Shown: positions 20,740 to 30,715, counted from the stretch's first letter. The stretch: DNA of 64,000 bases from a bacterium (GCA_965233585.1 CBDDTI010000747.1:960001-1024000); one strand, 5' to 3'. Notes: generated by a model not told the origin, from the letters alone. A program made the numbers and translations.

Positions 20740-22614
20740 TCATTGCCTAGTTGCGTAAAGACTTTTTAAATAAATTTTGAGAATATTCAAAGCGACAGGA
20801 GTGATGCCACTGATTCGCTGTGCTTGTCCTAAATTGAGAGGTTGATACTCTTTGAGCTTTTGGACAACTTCGTTGGAAAGTCCTGCAATCTTGGAATAGT
20901 CAATCGTTTGGGGCAGTGTGATTTTTTCCAACTCTGCTAGTGGTTGAAACTCTTGATTCTGCCTTGAAATGTAGCCCTCATAACTGGCTTCTATTTTGCT
21001 TTGTTCTTGTGATTCATTGGAAAACTCTGACCAAAATTCGCTGTCAGGTAACACTCCAGCCTCTGCCAACAAGGACACTGTCATGGCTGACCTCTTCAAC
21101 AAATCAAAAGCAGAACACACTTTGTTAATTGCCCCTCCTTCAATCTGTGAAAGAGCCTGTTCATTCTTAACCGAAGGCGTGATGCGGCATTGTTTGAGGG
21201 CAGAAATCAGCTTTGTCGTTTCTTTACGTTTTTGTTCTACTTGCTCGTATTGCCAGCTTTCTAAGAGTCCAATCTCCCAACCTTTCTGGCTTAAACGCAG
21301 GTCTGCGTTGTCTTCTCTCAAACTCAAACGATGTTCTGAGCGGGAGGTAAACATGCGGTAAGGTTCGTTTGTGCCTTTGGTGACGAGGTCATCAATCAAA
21401 ACGCCAATGTAGGCGTCGCTTCGTTTGAGGGAAAAAGTAGGAAGTTGCTGAACGTTTCTTGCGGCATTGATTCCTGCAATCAAACCCTGTGCGGCAGCTT
21501 CTTCATAGCCTGACGTCCCATTCACCTGACCTGCAAAAAACAAGTTCTTGATGCTTTTCATCTCCAAAGTGGGCAAAAGCTGGTTGGGCATCACAAAGTC
21601 ATATTCCACTGCATAGCCTGCTTGGAGTATTTCTGCTTCTTCCAATCCTTCAATCGTTCTAATAAATTCAAGTTGGACTTCTGCAGGTAAGCTGGTGGAA
21701 ATACCATTGGGATAGACAGCAGGGAGGTTTAGCCCCGTGGGTTCTAAGAAGATTTGATGCCTTGGCTTGTCTTTGAAGTTGACAAGTTTGTCTTCAATAG
21801 AGGGACAATAACGGGGACCTACTCCTTGAATGGCTCCACTGTACATGGCAGAAGATTTAAGATTTTTGAGAATGACCTCATGCGTTCTAGGGTTGGTGTA
21901 AGTCATGTAGCAAGGTCTTTGGGGTAAAGGCGTCTTGGAATCCCAGAATGAAAATTTAGGAATGGGGACTTCCCCCCATTGCACAGCCAAAGCAGAGTAG
22001 TTGATGGTCTTTCTGTCAAGTCTTGCAGGTGTTCCTGTCTTGAGTCTTCCCATTTTTAAATCTGCCAAAGATTGACTGAGTTGAATAGAAGGCGGGTCTC
22101 CAACACGCCCCTCTGCTTTTTGGACTCTCCCACAGTGAGTGATGCCATTCAAAAACGTCCCTGTGGTCACAATGACTGTTCTTGCGTGTAACGTCTCTTT
22201 GCCTGTGTTGATGCCAACAACACGATTGCCTTCAAAAATCAATGACTCTACCATGCCCTCTTGTAACTCTAAATTGTCTTGTTTTTGAAGGGTTTGAAGC
22301 ATGTAGGAATGGTAAAGTTGCATGTCTGACTGACATCTTGTGCCACGTGCGGCATGCCCTTTGGAGCGATTGAGAATGCGGAACTGAATCCCTGTCCAGT
22401 CTGCTGCCTTAGCCATTTCTCCACCCAGTGCATCAATTTCACGGGTCAAATGTCCTTTTGCTAGACCACCGATGGCGGGGTTACAAGGCATGTGTGCCAC
22501 TTTGTCAAGCGAGATGGTCAAGACAAGCGTTTTTGACCCCAGCCTTGCAGAAGCAAGGGCGGCTTCGCAACCTGCATGACCTGCACCGATGACGAGGGTG
22601 TCATATGTTTTCAT
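20740..22614 (-). CDS. mnmG: tRNA uridine-5-carboxymethylaminomethyl(34) synthesis enzyme
   Basis: GAGHAGCEAA, MPCNPAIGG, GPRYCPSIEDK, GTSGYEEAAAQG; start MKTYD (22614). Confidence 0.97.
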   Translation of the reverse strand: MKTYDTLVIGAGHAGCEAALASARLGSKTLVLTISLDKVAHMPCNPAIGGLAKGHLTREIDALGGEMAKAADWTGIQFRILNRSKGHAARGTRCQSDMQLYHSYMLQTLQKQDNLELQEGMVESLIFEGNRVVGINTGKETLHARTVIVTTGTFLNGITHCGRVQKAEGRVGDPPSIQLSQSLADLKMGRLKTGTPARLDRKTINYSALAVQWGEVPIPKFSFWDSKTPLPQRPCYMTYTNPRTHEVILKNLKSSAMYSGAIQGVGPRYCPSIEDKLVNFKDKPRHQIFLEPTGLNLPAVYPNGISTSLPAEVQLEFIRTIEGLEEAEILQAGYAVEYDFVMPNQLLPTLEMKSIKNLFFAGQVNGTSGYEEAAAQGLIAGINAARNVQQLPTFSLKRSDAYIGVLIDDLVTKGTNEPYRMFTSRSEHRLSLREDNADLRLSQKGWEIGLLESWQYEQVEQKRKETTKLISALKQCRITPSVKNEQALSQIEGGAINKVCSAFDLLKRSAMTVSLLAEAGVLPDSEFWSEFSNESQEQSKIEASYEGYISRQNQEFQPLAELEKITLPQTIDYSKIAGLSNEVVQKLKEYQPLNLGQAQRISGITPVALNILKIYLKSLYATRQ

Positions 22615-22981
22615 CAGAAGTGGAGTTTGAGACAGGAAAGGCAAATTCTGAATCCAAAACATGCTGACGAAGCCTTCTTTGAAACCAGAACAAAAAAACG
22701 ATGCTACACAGCACAGACAAGACAATCAGCATGAGCGTTCCAGATGAATGAAATCCACACAAAAACTTCGCATTATACTTTGAAAAAGCATCTTGTGTCA
22801 ATTTGATTCAAACGTTAACTTGATTTAAAACCCAGTTTCAAAAGTGTCTGGGATATTGATTAACCAAGTATGTTTTTTTAATCCAAAAATAGAAGTAGAA
22901 ATCTTGGGAATGGTGTTTGAAAACAAAGGAAGCAGAACACTACCTTTGTTTGAAAAACGGAATCTCAAAAAACAAAAGAGA

Positions 22982-23062
22982 GATTGCGTGTCAAGGTGGC
23001 AAAATCCTCCCGTCACTTGAGTGCTTGACACGGAATCCCAAAAAAGAGTGAAAACAGAATGA
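22982..23062. repeat. REP/dRS3-like hairpin cluster 1
   Basis: GATTGCGTGTCAAG half-site plus GTCACTTGAGTGCTTGACACGGAATC. Confidence 0.75.
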
Positions 23063-23068
23063 CAAAAC

Positions 23069-23350
23069 TTAATAAAATTTGCTTAACATGACGCCTAGCA
23101 TGACGAGGTTCACAGCTAAAATCATGCCTAACACCCAGCGAGTTGAGTCTATTTTAGAATCAAGTCTTTCTATTTTGGCATTGACTTCTATTTTGATATT
23201 TTCAACGTCTGCCTTAGTTGCTATTTGGTCTTTCAGAGCATGGTTGAGTGTTTTATCTAAGGTCAAAGCATGGGCTTCTGCTTGCTTTTGTTCTACGCCT
23301 GCATCAATCAGTAAACGAGCATACTCTAATGTGTTAATGGCAACGTTCAT
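23069..23350 (-). CDS. DUF1640/CCDC90-like membrane-anchored coiled-coil protein, copy 1 (divergent head)
   Basis: INTLEYARLL..AG..QAEA head, IATKAD neck, C-terminal TM; start MNVAIN at 23350. Confidence 0.8.
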   Translation of the reverse strand: MNVAINTLEYARLLIDAGVEQKQAEAHALTLDKTLNHALKDQIATKADVENIKIEVNAKIERLDSKIDSTRWVLGMILAVNLVMLGVMLSKFY

Positions 23351-23472
23351 TGGTCTTTGGTTGAGAAATGGTTTTAAAGGAGCCATCTTAACAAAAACGT
23401 CATGATGAATCAAACCTTGATGTATGCAGGAAGTGTAGCGAAAGAAATAAGAATGACTTAAACACAAGCCTG

Positions 23473-23590
23473 CAAACTCCTCCCGTCATTCCGTGCTTGA
23501 CACGGAATCTAAAAAACGAGTGAAAACAGAATGAAACGAAGGGAGATTGCGGGTCAAGGTGAGCAATGACTGACACAAGCCCGCAATGAC
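23473..23590. repeat. REP/dRS3-like hairpin cluster 2
   Basis: GTCATTCCGTGCTTGACACGGAATC at 23485; GATTGCGGGTCAAGGTGAGCAATGAC at 23545. Confidence 0.85.
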
Positions 23591-23639
23591 GAAAGGCGAG
23601 GTGGTTTTTTACAGAAGATGAGTTGACGTGTAGCTGAAT

Positions 23640-24995
23640 TTAGGGACCAAATTCCCAAACATCGTTTTTCTTGCCAGCATCAAATCCTCCTAGCACCCAG
23701 ATTTTGTTATTGAACACGATGCTTCTGTGAAACATACGAGCAGACCAACTTGCTGAAGCTGTGCTTTGAGTCCAATTCTTGCCATCAGAAGAACTCCAGA
23801 CATCGTTTTTCCTGCCACCATCAAGTCCTCCTAGCATCCAGATTTTGTTATTGAACACGGCGCTTGTGTGATACTGACGAGCAGACCAACTTGCTGAAGC
23901 TGTGCTTTGAGTCCAATTCTTACCATCAGAAGAACTCCAGACATCGTTTTTATTGCCACCATCAGAACCTCCCATGACCCAGATTTTGTTATTGAACACG
24001 ACGCTTGTGTGTCCAGCACGAGCTGCCCAACTTGCTGAAGAGGTTTCTTCTGTCCAAGTCTTGCCATCAGAAGAACTCCAGACATCGTTTTTGTTACCAC
24101 CATCAGAACCTCCTATGACCCAGATTTTGTTATTGAACGCAACGCTTGCGTGGGAATCCCTACCAGACCAACCTGCTGAAGAGGTTTCTTCTGTCCAATT
24201 CTTGCCGTCAGAAGAACTCCAAACATCATCTTCCCTGCCACCATCATGTCCTCCTATCACCCAGATCTTATTGTTGAACACGATGCTTTTGTGATACGCA
24301 CGAGCAGACCAACCTGCTGAAGCTGTGATTTGAGTCCAATTCTTGCCATCAGCAGAAGACCAGACATCATTTTTTCTGCTACCAGCAAAACCTCCTAGCA
24401 CCCAGATTTTGTTATTGAACACGACACTTGCGTGTTCGTCACGAGCAGACCAACCTGCTGAAGAGGCAACACGTTTCCAAGTGTGTTTGGAAACGTCAAG
24501 TCCGTTACCACCTGTAGGCGTGTTCTGGTTTCCAGAAACCACTGTAAAATCCCAGTTTGATTTTTTGCTCAAGATTTTGAACTTGAGTTGTCCCTTGCCT
24601 GCTGTGACTCCTGTCAACTTCAACTTAGCTTGAAACTCTTTTTTTCTAGGTAATTTATAGTTTAAAGTTCCGCTTTGTCCGACTGTTTCTTCACCTGAGA
24701 CGACCAGCTTCAAGGAAGCCAAACTTTCATCATAGGCAATGTTGAGACGTTTACCTTGGTAAATGGAGGTGGCAGTGCAGGTGAGGTTGGCAACCAGTTC
24801 TTGACCTGTTGCCAAAGAATTGCCAGAGGAGACCTCGCAAGTAGCGTTACCTTTTTCGGTTTTTTCATCTTCCTGTTCTTCAGCAGGTGGCACACAACCT
24901 ACCAAGACCAGAAGTGCCAAGAAAACGATTATTTTGTCATAAAAAGAGTTTCTTCTGACAAAAGAGTTTTGAATGGATTTGATTTGTTCTAACAT
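23640..24995 (-). CDS. Kelch-repeat (six-blade beta-propeller) lipoprotein, copy 1
   Basis: Lipobox LVGC (Cys34), AGGAGG RBS, six ~47-aa repeats R-x-x-H..KIWVxGG..DVWSSxDGKxW. Confidence 0.9.
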   Translation of the reverse strand: MLEQIKSIQNSFVRRNSFYDKIIVFLALLVLVGCVPPAEEQEDEKTEKGNATCEVSSGNSLATGQELVANLTCTATSIYQGKRLNIAYDESLASLKLVVSGEETVGQSGTLNYKLPRKKEFQAKLKLTGVTAGKGQLKFKILSKKSNWDFTVVSGNQNTPTGGNGLDVSKHTWKRVASSAGWSARDEHASVVFNNKIWVLGGFAGSRKNDVWSSADGKNWTQITASAGWSARAYHKSIVFNNKIWVIGGHDGGREDDVWSSSDGKNWTEETSSAGWSGRDSHASVAFNNKIWVIGGSDGGNKNDVWSSSDGKTWTEETSSASWAARAGHTSVVFNNKIWVMGGSDGGNKNDVWSSSDGKNWTQSTASASWSARQYHTSAVFNNKIWMLGGLDGGRKNDVWSSSDGKNWTQSTASASWSARMFHRSIVFNNKIWVLGGFDAGKKNDVWEFGP

Positions 24996-25047
24996 AAAAA
25001 CCTCCTAAATAATGGTTGATCACAACGAACAAAAAAAGAAGATTAAG

Positions 25048-25077
25048 ATTTTAGCAGACTGTCCAAAACAGTTGCAA
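25048..25077 (-). promoter_or_regulatory. Sigma70-like promoter of Kelch copy 1
   Basis: TTGCAA-18 nt-TAAAAT with TG extension; conserved before all four Kelch genes. Confidence 0.6.
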
Positions 25078-25114
25078 CTCTGAATGTTAAAAACGATGAA
25101 AAAAAAGACTTTTC

Positions 25115-25381
25115 TTAATAAAACTTGCTTAACATCACGCCTAACATGACGACATTCACCGCTAAAATCATACCCAACACCCAGCGAGTTGAGTCTATTT
25201 TGGACTCTACCGAGTCTATTCTTGATGCCACTTTTGCTATGTCTGCTTTGGTTGCAATTTCTTCTTTCAAAGCCTCATTGAGTGTTTGATTCAAAGTGTT
25301 TGCTTGGACTTCCGCTTGTTCTGCTGTGAAGCCTCCTGCAATCAAGGCTTTGGTATATGCAAGGGTGTCTATGGCAATCAT
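25115..25381 (-). CDS. DUF1640/CCDC90-like membrane-anchored coiled-coil protein, copy 2
   Basis: IDTLAYTKALIAGGFTAEQAE head, IATKADI neck, heptads, TM tail. Confidence 0.85.
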   Translation of the reverse strand: MIAIDTLAYTKALIAGGFTAEQAEVQANTLNQTLNEALKEEIATKADIAKVASRIDSVESKIDSTRWVLGMILAVNVVMLGVMLSKFY

Positions 25382-25522
25382 AAGGCTGTCAGTTTGTCAA
25401 GTCTAAAGATGCTATTCTAACACGATTTTCAAAAAAAGAAATAAGCATGACTTGGGCAATCACGAAAAGAAACAGGCGGGTCAGCTTTTGAAATAACGGT
25501 TTTTTGGAAGAAGAAAGTTTGA

Positions 25523-25696
25523 GATTGCGGATCAAGTCCAGCAATGCAGTTTTCAAGGTGAGCAAAATCCTCCTGTCATTTGAGTGCTTGAGGCGGAATC
25601 TATCACCAAACCAAGCACAGATTCCTACATGATTGGATTCCTGTTTTCGCAGGAATGACGGTTGTAGTGAGATTGCGGGTCAAGGTGAGCAATGAC
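25523..25696. repeat. REP/dRS3-like hairpin cluster 3
   Basis: Several GTCATT..AATC / GATT..AATGAC hairpins. Confidence 0.85.
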
Positions 25697-25743
25697 TTAA
25701 TCACAAGCCAGCGGATAACAAAAAGGAAGGTTTGGTTTTGCGT

Positions 25744-25788
25744 AAGAAGAAACCACCCCGCTTGGTCATTCAAGCGAGGTGTTTTTTT
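25744..25788 (-). terminator. Intrinsic terminator of Kelch copy 2 (possibly bidirectional)
   Basis: CACCTCGCTTG-loop-CAAGCGGGGTG then GTTTCTTCTT on minus; T7 on plus. Confidence 0.65.
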
Positions 25789-25817
25789 AGAGAAGATGAA
25801 TTGACGTGCGTCTGAAT

Positions 25818-27182
25818 TTAGGGACCAAATTCCCAAACATCGTTTTTTCTGCTACCAGCATCTCCTCCTAGCACCCAGATTTTGTTGTTGAACACGACGC
25901 TTGTGTGAGCAGCACGAGCAGACCAACCTGCTGAAGAAGTTTCTTTTGTCCAATTCTTACCATCAGAAGAACTCCAGACATCATTTTCCCTGCCACTATT
26001 ATCAACTCCTCCCAGCACCCAAATTTTGTTGTTGAACGCAACGCTTGCGTGAGAATTCCTACCAGACCAACCTGAAGAAGTCTCTTTTGTCCAATTCTTA
26101 CCATCAGAAGAACTCCAGACATCGTTTTTTCTGCCACCACCATTTCCTGCTAGCACCCAGATTTTGTGATTGAACACGATGCTTCTGTGATACGCACGAG
26201 CAGACCAACCTGCTGAAGAAGTTTCTTTTGTCCAATTCTTACCATCAGAAGAACTCCAGACATCGTTTTTCATGCCACCAGCAAATCCTCCTAGCACCCA
26301 GATTTTGTGATTGAACACAACGCTTCTGTGTCCAGAACGAGCAGACCAACCTGCTGAAGAAGTTTCTTTTGTCCAATTCTTACCATCAGAAGAACTCCAG
26401 ACATCGTTTTTTCTGCCACCAGCACCTTCTCCTCCTAGCACCCAGATTTTGTTGTTGAACACGACGCTTGTGTGTTCCTCACGAGCAGACCAACCTGCTG
26501 AAGAAGTTTCTTTTGTCCAATTCTTGCCATCAGAAGAACTCCAGACATCGTCTTCGCTTGTAAATCTTCCTATAAATCCTCCTAGCACCCAGATTTTGTT
26601 GCTGAACACAACGCTTGTGTGAGAATCACGAGCAGACCAACTTGCTGAAGAGGCGACCCGTTTCCAAGTGTATTTGGAAATGTCAAGTCCGTCGCCACCT
26701 GCAGGTGAGTTCTGGCTTCCATTGACCACTGTAAAATTCCAGTTTGATTTTTTGCTCAAAATCTTAAACTTGAGCTGTCCCTTGCCTGTTGTGACTCCTG
26801 TTAACCTCAGTTTGGCTTGAAATTCTTCTTGTTTAGGTAAGGTGTAGGTGAGTTTTCCACTTTGCCCCGTTGTTTCTTCACCTGAGACGACCAGCTTCAA
26901 GGAAGTCAAACTTTCATCGTAAGTGATGTTTAATTTTTTGCCTTGATAAATTGATGTGGTAGTGCAAGTGAAATTGGCAACCAATTCTTGACCTGTTGAG
27001 ACAGAACTGTTTGAGCTGACCTCGCACGTGGCTTCACCTTTTTTGGTTTCTCCATCTTCCTGTTCTTCAGCAGGAGGTGTGCAACCCGCTAAGACCAGAA
27101 GTGTCAAGAAAACGATTATCTTGTCATAAAAAGCCCCCCCCCTGACAGCAGGGTTTTGAATGGATTTGAGTTGTTCTAGCAT
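25818..27182 (-). CDS. Kelch-repeat lipoprotein, copy 2
   Basis: LAGC lipobox; six blades. Confidence 0.9.
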   Translation of the reverse strand: MLEQLKSIQNPAVRGGAFYDKIIVFLTLLVLAGCTPPAEEQEDGETKKGEATCEVSSNSSVSTGQELVANFTCTTTSIYQGKKLNITYDESLTSLKLVVSGEETTGQSGKLTYTLPKQEEFQAKLRLTGVTTGKGQLKFKILSKKSNWNFTVVNGSQNSPAGGDGLDISKYTWKRVASSASWSARDSHTSVVFSNKIWVLGGFIGRFTSEDDVWSSSDGKNWTKETSSAGWSAREEHTSVVFNNKIWVLGGEGAGGRKNDVWSSSDGKNWTKETSSAGWSARSGHRSVVFNHKIWVLGGFAGGMKNDVWSSSDGKNWTKETSSAGWSARAYHRSIVFNHKIWVLAGNGGGRKNDVWSSSDGKNWTKETSSGWSGRNSHASVAFNNKIWVLGGVDNSGRENDVWSSSDGKNWTKETSSAGWSARAAHTSVVFNNKIWVLGGDAGSRKNDVWEFGP

Positions 27183-27243
27183 AAAAATCTCCTAAATCAT
27201 GGTTAAATCAGAATGAAAAAAAAGAAATAAAAGAGAGTTAAGG

Positions 27244-27273
27244 ATTTTAGCAGACCTTGAAAAACAAATGCAA
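27244..27273 (-). promoter_or_regulatory. Sigma70-like promoter of Kelch copy 2
   Basis: TTGCAT-18 nt-TAAAAT, extended -10. Confidence 0.6.
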
Positions 27274-27342
27274 CTTTTAAAATCGTTTTTTTTGATTATT
27301 TTTGATGAGTTGAGCAAAAAAGAAAGTCTGTAAACGTCATCA

Positions 27343-27542
27343 GTCATTCTGTGCCTGACACGGAATCCATCTTAAACCAAGCATGGATTCCTACATGACT
27401 GGATTCCTGCTTTCGCAGGAATGATAAAAAACAAGCCTACAACGAAGAAAAGAAAAAGGGAAGAAGGAGAAAAAGAACTGAGATTGCGGGTCAAGCCCGC
27501 AATGACGGTTGTAGAGAGATTGCGGGTAAGGTGAGCAATGAC
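27343..27542. repeat. REP/dRS3-like hairpin cluster 4
   Basis: Inverted hairpin doublet plus GATTGCGGGTCAAGCCCGCAATGAC at 27482. Confidence 0.85.
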
Positions 27543-27593
27543 TTAAATACAAGCCATTGGGTGAGGAAAAAGAAGAAGGGAAAAAGACTTTTC

Positions 27594-27881
27594 TTAATAA
27601 AACTTGCTTAACATCACGCCCAACATGACGACATTCACAGCTAAAATCATGCCTAATACCCAGCGAGTTGAGTCTATCTTAGATTCTACCAAGTCTATTT
27701 TGGACTCAACCGAGTCTATTCTTGATTCTACTTTTGCTATGTCTGCTTGGGTTGCAATTTCTTCTTTCAAAGACTCATTGAGTGTTTGATTCAAAGTGTT
27801 TGCTTGGACTTCTGCTTGTTCTGCTGTGAAGCCTCCTGCAATCAAGGCTTTGGTATATGCAAGGGTGTCTATGGCAATCAT
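27594..27881 (-). CDS. DUF1640/CCDC90-like protein, copy 3 (one extra heptad)
   Basis: 95 aa; IDSVESK-IDLVESK-IDST stalk. Confidence 0.85.
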   Translation of the reverse strand: MIAIDTLAYTKALIAGGFTAEQAEVQANTLNQTLNESLKEEIATQADIAKVESRIDSVESKIDLVESKIDSTRWVLGMILAVNVVMLGVMLSKFY

Positions 27882-28013
27882 AAAGCTGTCAGTTTGTCAA
27901 GTCTAAAGACGCTATTTTAACACGATTCTCAAAAAAAGAAATCGGCATGACTTGAGCAAAAAATCAAAGAAACAAGCGGGTCAGTTTTTGAAAAATGAGA
28001 AGTTTAAGACCTG

Positions 28014-28352
28014 AGGGTCAAGGTGAGCAATGACAGGGGAATGAGAAAAAGAGCAAACCGTCATTCCGTGCCTGACACGGAATCCATCGTCAACATCGCA
28101 TGGATTCTTGCTTTCGCAGGAATGACAAAGAAAAGAGTCAGAAATGACCAAATGCAAGACTGCAATCTCTCTTAGTCATTCGGTGCTTGACACGGAATCT
28201 ATCTTAAACCAAGCATGGATTCCTGCTTTCGCAGGAATGACAAAAGTTGTCATTTGGTGCTTGACACGGAGTCTCAAAAAATAAAAGAGAGATTGCGGGT
28301 CAAGCCCGCAATGACGGTTGTATAGAGATTGCGGGTCAAGGTCAGCAATGAC
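28014..28352. repeat. REP/dRS3-like hairpin cluster 5
   Basis: Multiple hairpins, e.g. GATTCCTGCTTTCGCAGGAATGAC at 28218. Confidence 0.9.
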
Positions 28353-28426
28353 GGAAGAACGGGGTGACCAATGACCAAAACACAAGCCATTGGGTGGTGA
28401 AAAGGAAGAAGGGAAAAAGACTTTTC

Positions 28427-28693
28427 TTAATAAAACTTGCTTAACATCACGCCTAACATGACAACATTCACAGCTAAAATCATGCCTAATACCCAGCGAG
28501 TTGAGTCTATCTTAGACTCTACCGAGTCTATTCTTGATTCTACTTTTGCAATGTCCGCTTTGGTTGCAATTTCTTCTCTCAAAGCCTTATTGAGTGTTTG
28601 ATTCAAGGTGTTTGCTTGGACTTCTGCTTGTTCTGCTGTAAAGCCTCCTGCAATCAAGGCTTTGGTATATGCAAGGGTGTCTATGGCAATCAT
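28427..28693 (-). CDS. DUF1640/CCDC90-like protein, copy 4
   Basis: 88 aa, near-identical to copy 2. Confidence 0.85.
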   Translation of the reverse strand: MIAIDTLAYTKALIAGGFTAEQAEVQANTLNQTLNKALREEIATKADIAKVESRIDSVESKIDSTRWVLGMILAVNVVMLGVMLSKFY

Positions 28694-28835
28694 AAGGCTG
28701 TCAATTTGTCAAGTCTAAAGATGCTATTTTAACACGATTCTCAAAAAAGGAAATCAGCATGACTTGAACAATCACGAAGAGAATCAAGCAGACGTTTCTT
28801 TTGAAATAATGGTTTTTTGGAAGAAGAAAGTTTGA

Positions 28836-29178
28836 GATTGCGGGTTAAACACGCAATGACATTTTTCAAGATGAGCAAAGTCCTGCCGTCATTCCGTGCT
28901 TCTGTTAGTCATTCCGTGCCTGACACGGAATCTATCACCAAACCAAGCACAGATTCCTGCTTTCGCAGAAATGACCAAATGCAAGACTGCAAACTTCACC
29001 GGTCATTCAGTGCTTGACACGGAATCCATCGTCAACATCGCATGGATTCCTGTTTTCGCAGGAATGACAACAGCGGTCGTTCCGTGCTTGACATGGAGTC
29101 TCAAAAAATAAAAGAGAGATTGCGGGTCAAGCCCGCAATGACGGTTGTAGTGAGATTGTGGGTTAAACCCGCAATGAC
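28836..29178. repeat. REP/dRS3-like hairpin cluster 6
   Basis: Multiple hairpins in alternating orientation. Confidence 0.9.
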
Positions 29179-29221
29179 TTAGAATCCAGCAAGTGATAAA
29201 AAGGAAGATTTGGTTTTGCGT

Positions 29222-29266
29222 AAGAAGAAACAACCCCGCTTGGTCATTCAAGCGAGGTGTTTTTTT
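29222..29266 (-). terminator. Intrinsic terminator of Kelch copy 3
   Basis: Near-identical hairpin to 25744-25788. Confidence 0.6.
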
Positions 29267-29295
29267 AGAGAAGATGAATTGACGTGCGTCTGAAT

Positions 29296-30624
29296 TTAGG
29301 GACCAAATTCCCAAACATCGTTTTTCGTGCCACCATCACTTCCTCCTAGCACCCAGATTTTGTCATTGAACACGATGCTTCTGTGAAACCAACGAGCAGA
29401 CCAACCTGCTGAAGAAGCTTCTTTTGTCCAATTCTTGCCATCAGAAGAACTCCAGACATCGTTTTCTCTGCTACCATCACCAAGTCCTCCTATGACCCAG
29501 ATTTTGTCATTGAACACGACGCTTGTGTGATACTGACGAACACCCCAACCTGCTGAAGAGGTTTCTTTTGTCCAATTCTTGCCATCAGAAGAACTCCAGA
29601 CATTGTTTGTGTTGCCACCATCAGTACCTCCCATGACCCAGATTTTGTGATTGAACACAACGCTTGTGTGTCCAGAACGACCAGACCAATCTGCTGCAGA
29701 AGTTTCTTTTGTCCAATTCTTACCATCAGAAGAACTCCAGACATCGTTTTTGTTACTACCTCCTATGACCCAGATTTTGTGATTGAACACGACGCTTGTG
29801 TGTCCAGCACGAGCAGACCAACCTGCTGCAGAAGTTTCTTTTGTCCAATTCTTGCCATCAGAAGAACTCCAGACATCGTTTTTACTGTTACCATCAAAAC
29901 CTCCTATGACCCAGATTTTGTGATTGAACACGACGTTTGTGTGATGCCAACGAGCAGACCAACCTGCTGAAGAAGTTTCTTTTGTCCAATTCTTGCCATC
30001 AGAAGAACTCCAGACATCGTTTTTCGTGCCACCATCATCAAAACCTCCTATGACCCAGATTTTGCCATTGAACACGACGCTTGTGTGTGTAGAACGAGCA
30101 GACCAACCTGCTGAAGAGGTGACTTTTTTCCAAGTGTATTTGGAAATGTCAAGTCCGCTTCCATTAATCACTGTAAAAGCCCAGTTTGATTTTTTACTCA
30201 AGATTTTGAATTGCAGTTGACCTTTGCCTGCTGTGACTCCTGTGAGCTTCAGCTTGGCTTGAAATTCTTTTTTTCTAGGTAAAATGTAAGACAACTTTCC
30301 ACTTTGTCCAACTGTTTCTTTCTCTCCAACGACCAGCTTCAAAGACGTCAAACTTTCGTCATAGTCAATGTTGAGACGTTTGCCTTGATAAATTGTTGAT
30401 GTGGTGCAGGTGAGGTTGGCAACTAATTCTTGACCTGTTGAGACAGAACTGCCAGAGGAAACCTCGCACGTGGCATTACCTTTTTCGGTTTCTCCATCTT
30501 CCTGTTCTTCAGCAGGAGGCGTGCAACCTGCCAAGACCAGAAGTGTCAAGAAAACGATTATCTTGTCATAAAAAGCCCCCCCCCTGACAACAGGGTTTTG
30601 AATGGATTTGATTTGTTCCAACAT
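29296..30624 (-). CDS. Kelch-repeat lipoprotein, copy 3
   Basis: LAGC lipobox; six blades; shorter linker. Confidence 0.9.
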   Translation of the reverse strand: MLEQIKSIQNPVVRGGAFYDKIIVFLTLLVLAGCTPPAEEQEDGETEKGNATCEVSSGSSVSTGQELVANLTCTTSTIYQGKRLNIDYDESLTSLKLVVGEKETVGQSGKLSYILPRKKEFQAKLKLTGVTAGKGQLQFKILSKKSNWAFTVINGSGLDISKYTWKKVTSSAGWSARSTHTSVVFNGKIWVIGGFDDGGTKNDVWSSSDGKNWTKETSSAGWSARWHHTNVVFNHKIWVIGGFDGNSKNDVWSSSDGKNWTKETSAAGWSARAGHTSVVFNHKIWVIGGSNKNDVWSSSDGKNWTKETSAADWSGRSGHTSVVFNHKIWVMGGTDGGNTNNVWSSSDGKNWTKETSSAGWGVRQYHTSVVFNDKIWVIGGLGDGSRENDVWSSSDGKNWTKEASSAGWSARWFHRSIVFNDKIWVLGGSDGGTKNDVWEFGP

Positions 30625-30685
30625 AAAAAACTCCTAAATCATGGTTAAATCAGAATGAAAAAAAAGAAATAAACAAGAGTTAAGG

Positions 30686-30715
30686 ATTTTAGCAGACCTT
30701 TAAAAATAGATGCAA
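30686..30715 (-). promoter_or_regulatory. Sigma70-like promoter of Kelch copy 3
   Basis: TTGCAT-18 nt-TAAAAT, extended -10. Confidence 0.6.

Noticed and set aside
22615..22725. N-terminal extensions in the ORF track (mnmG; likewise glyS, rsmH, dcd, recN, CCDC90 copy 1, antitoxin 2)
   Set aside because: They extend beyond family-typical starts into intergenic, promoter or overlapping DNA.
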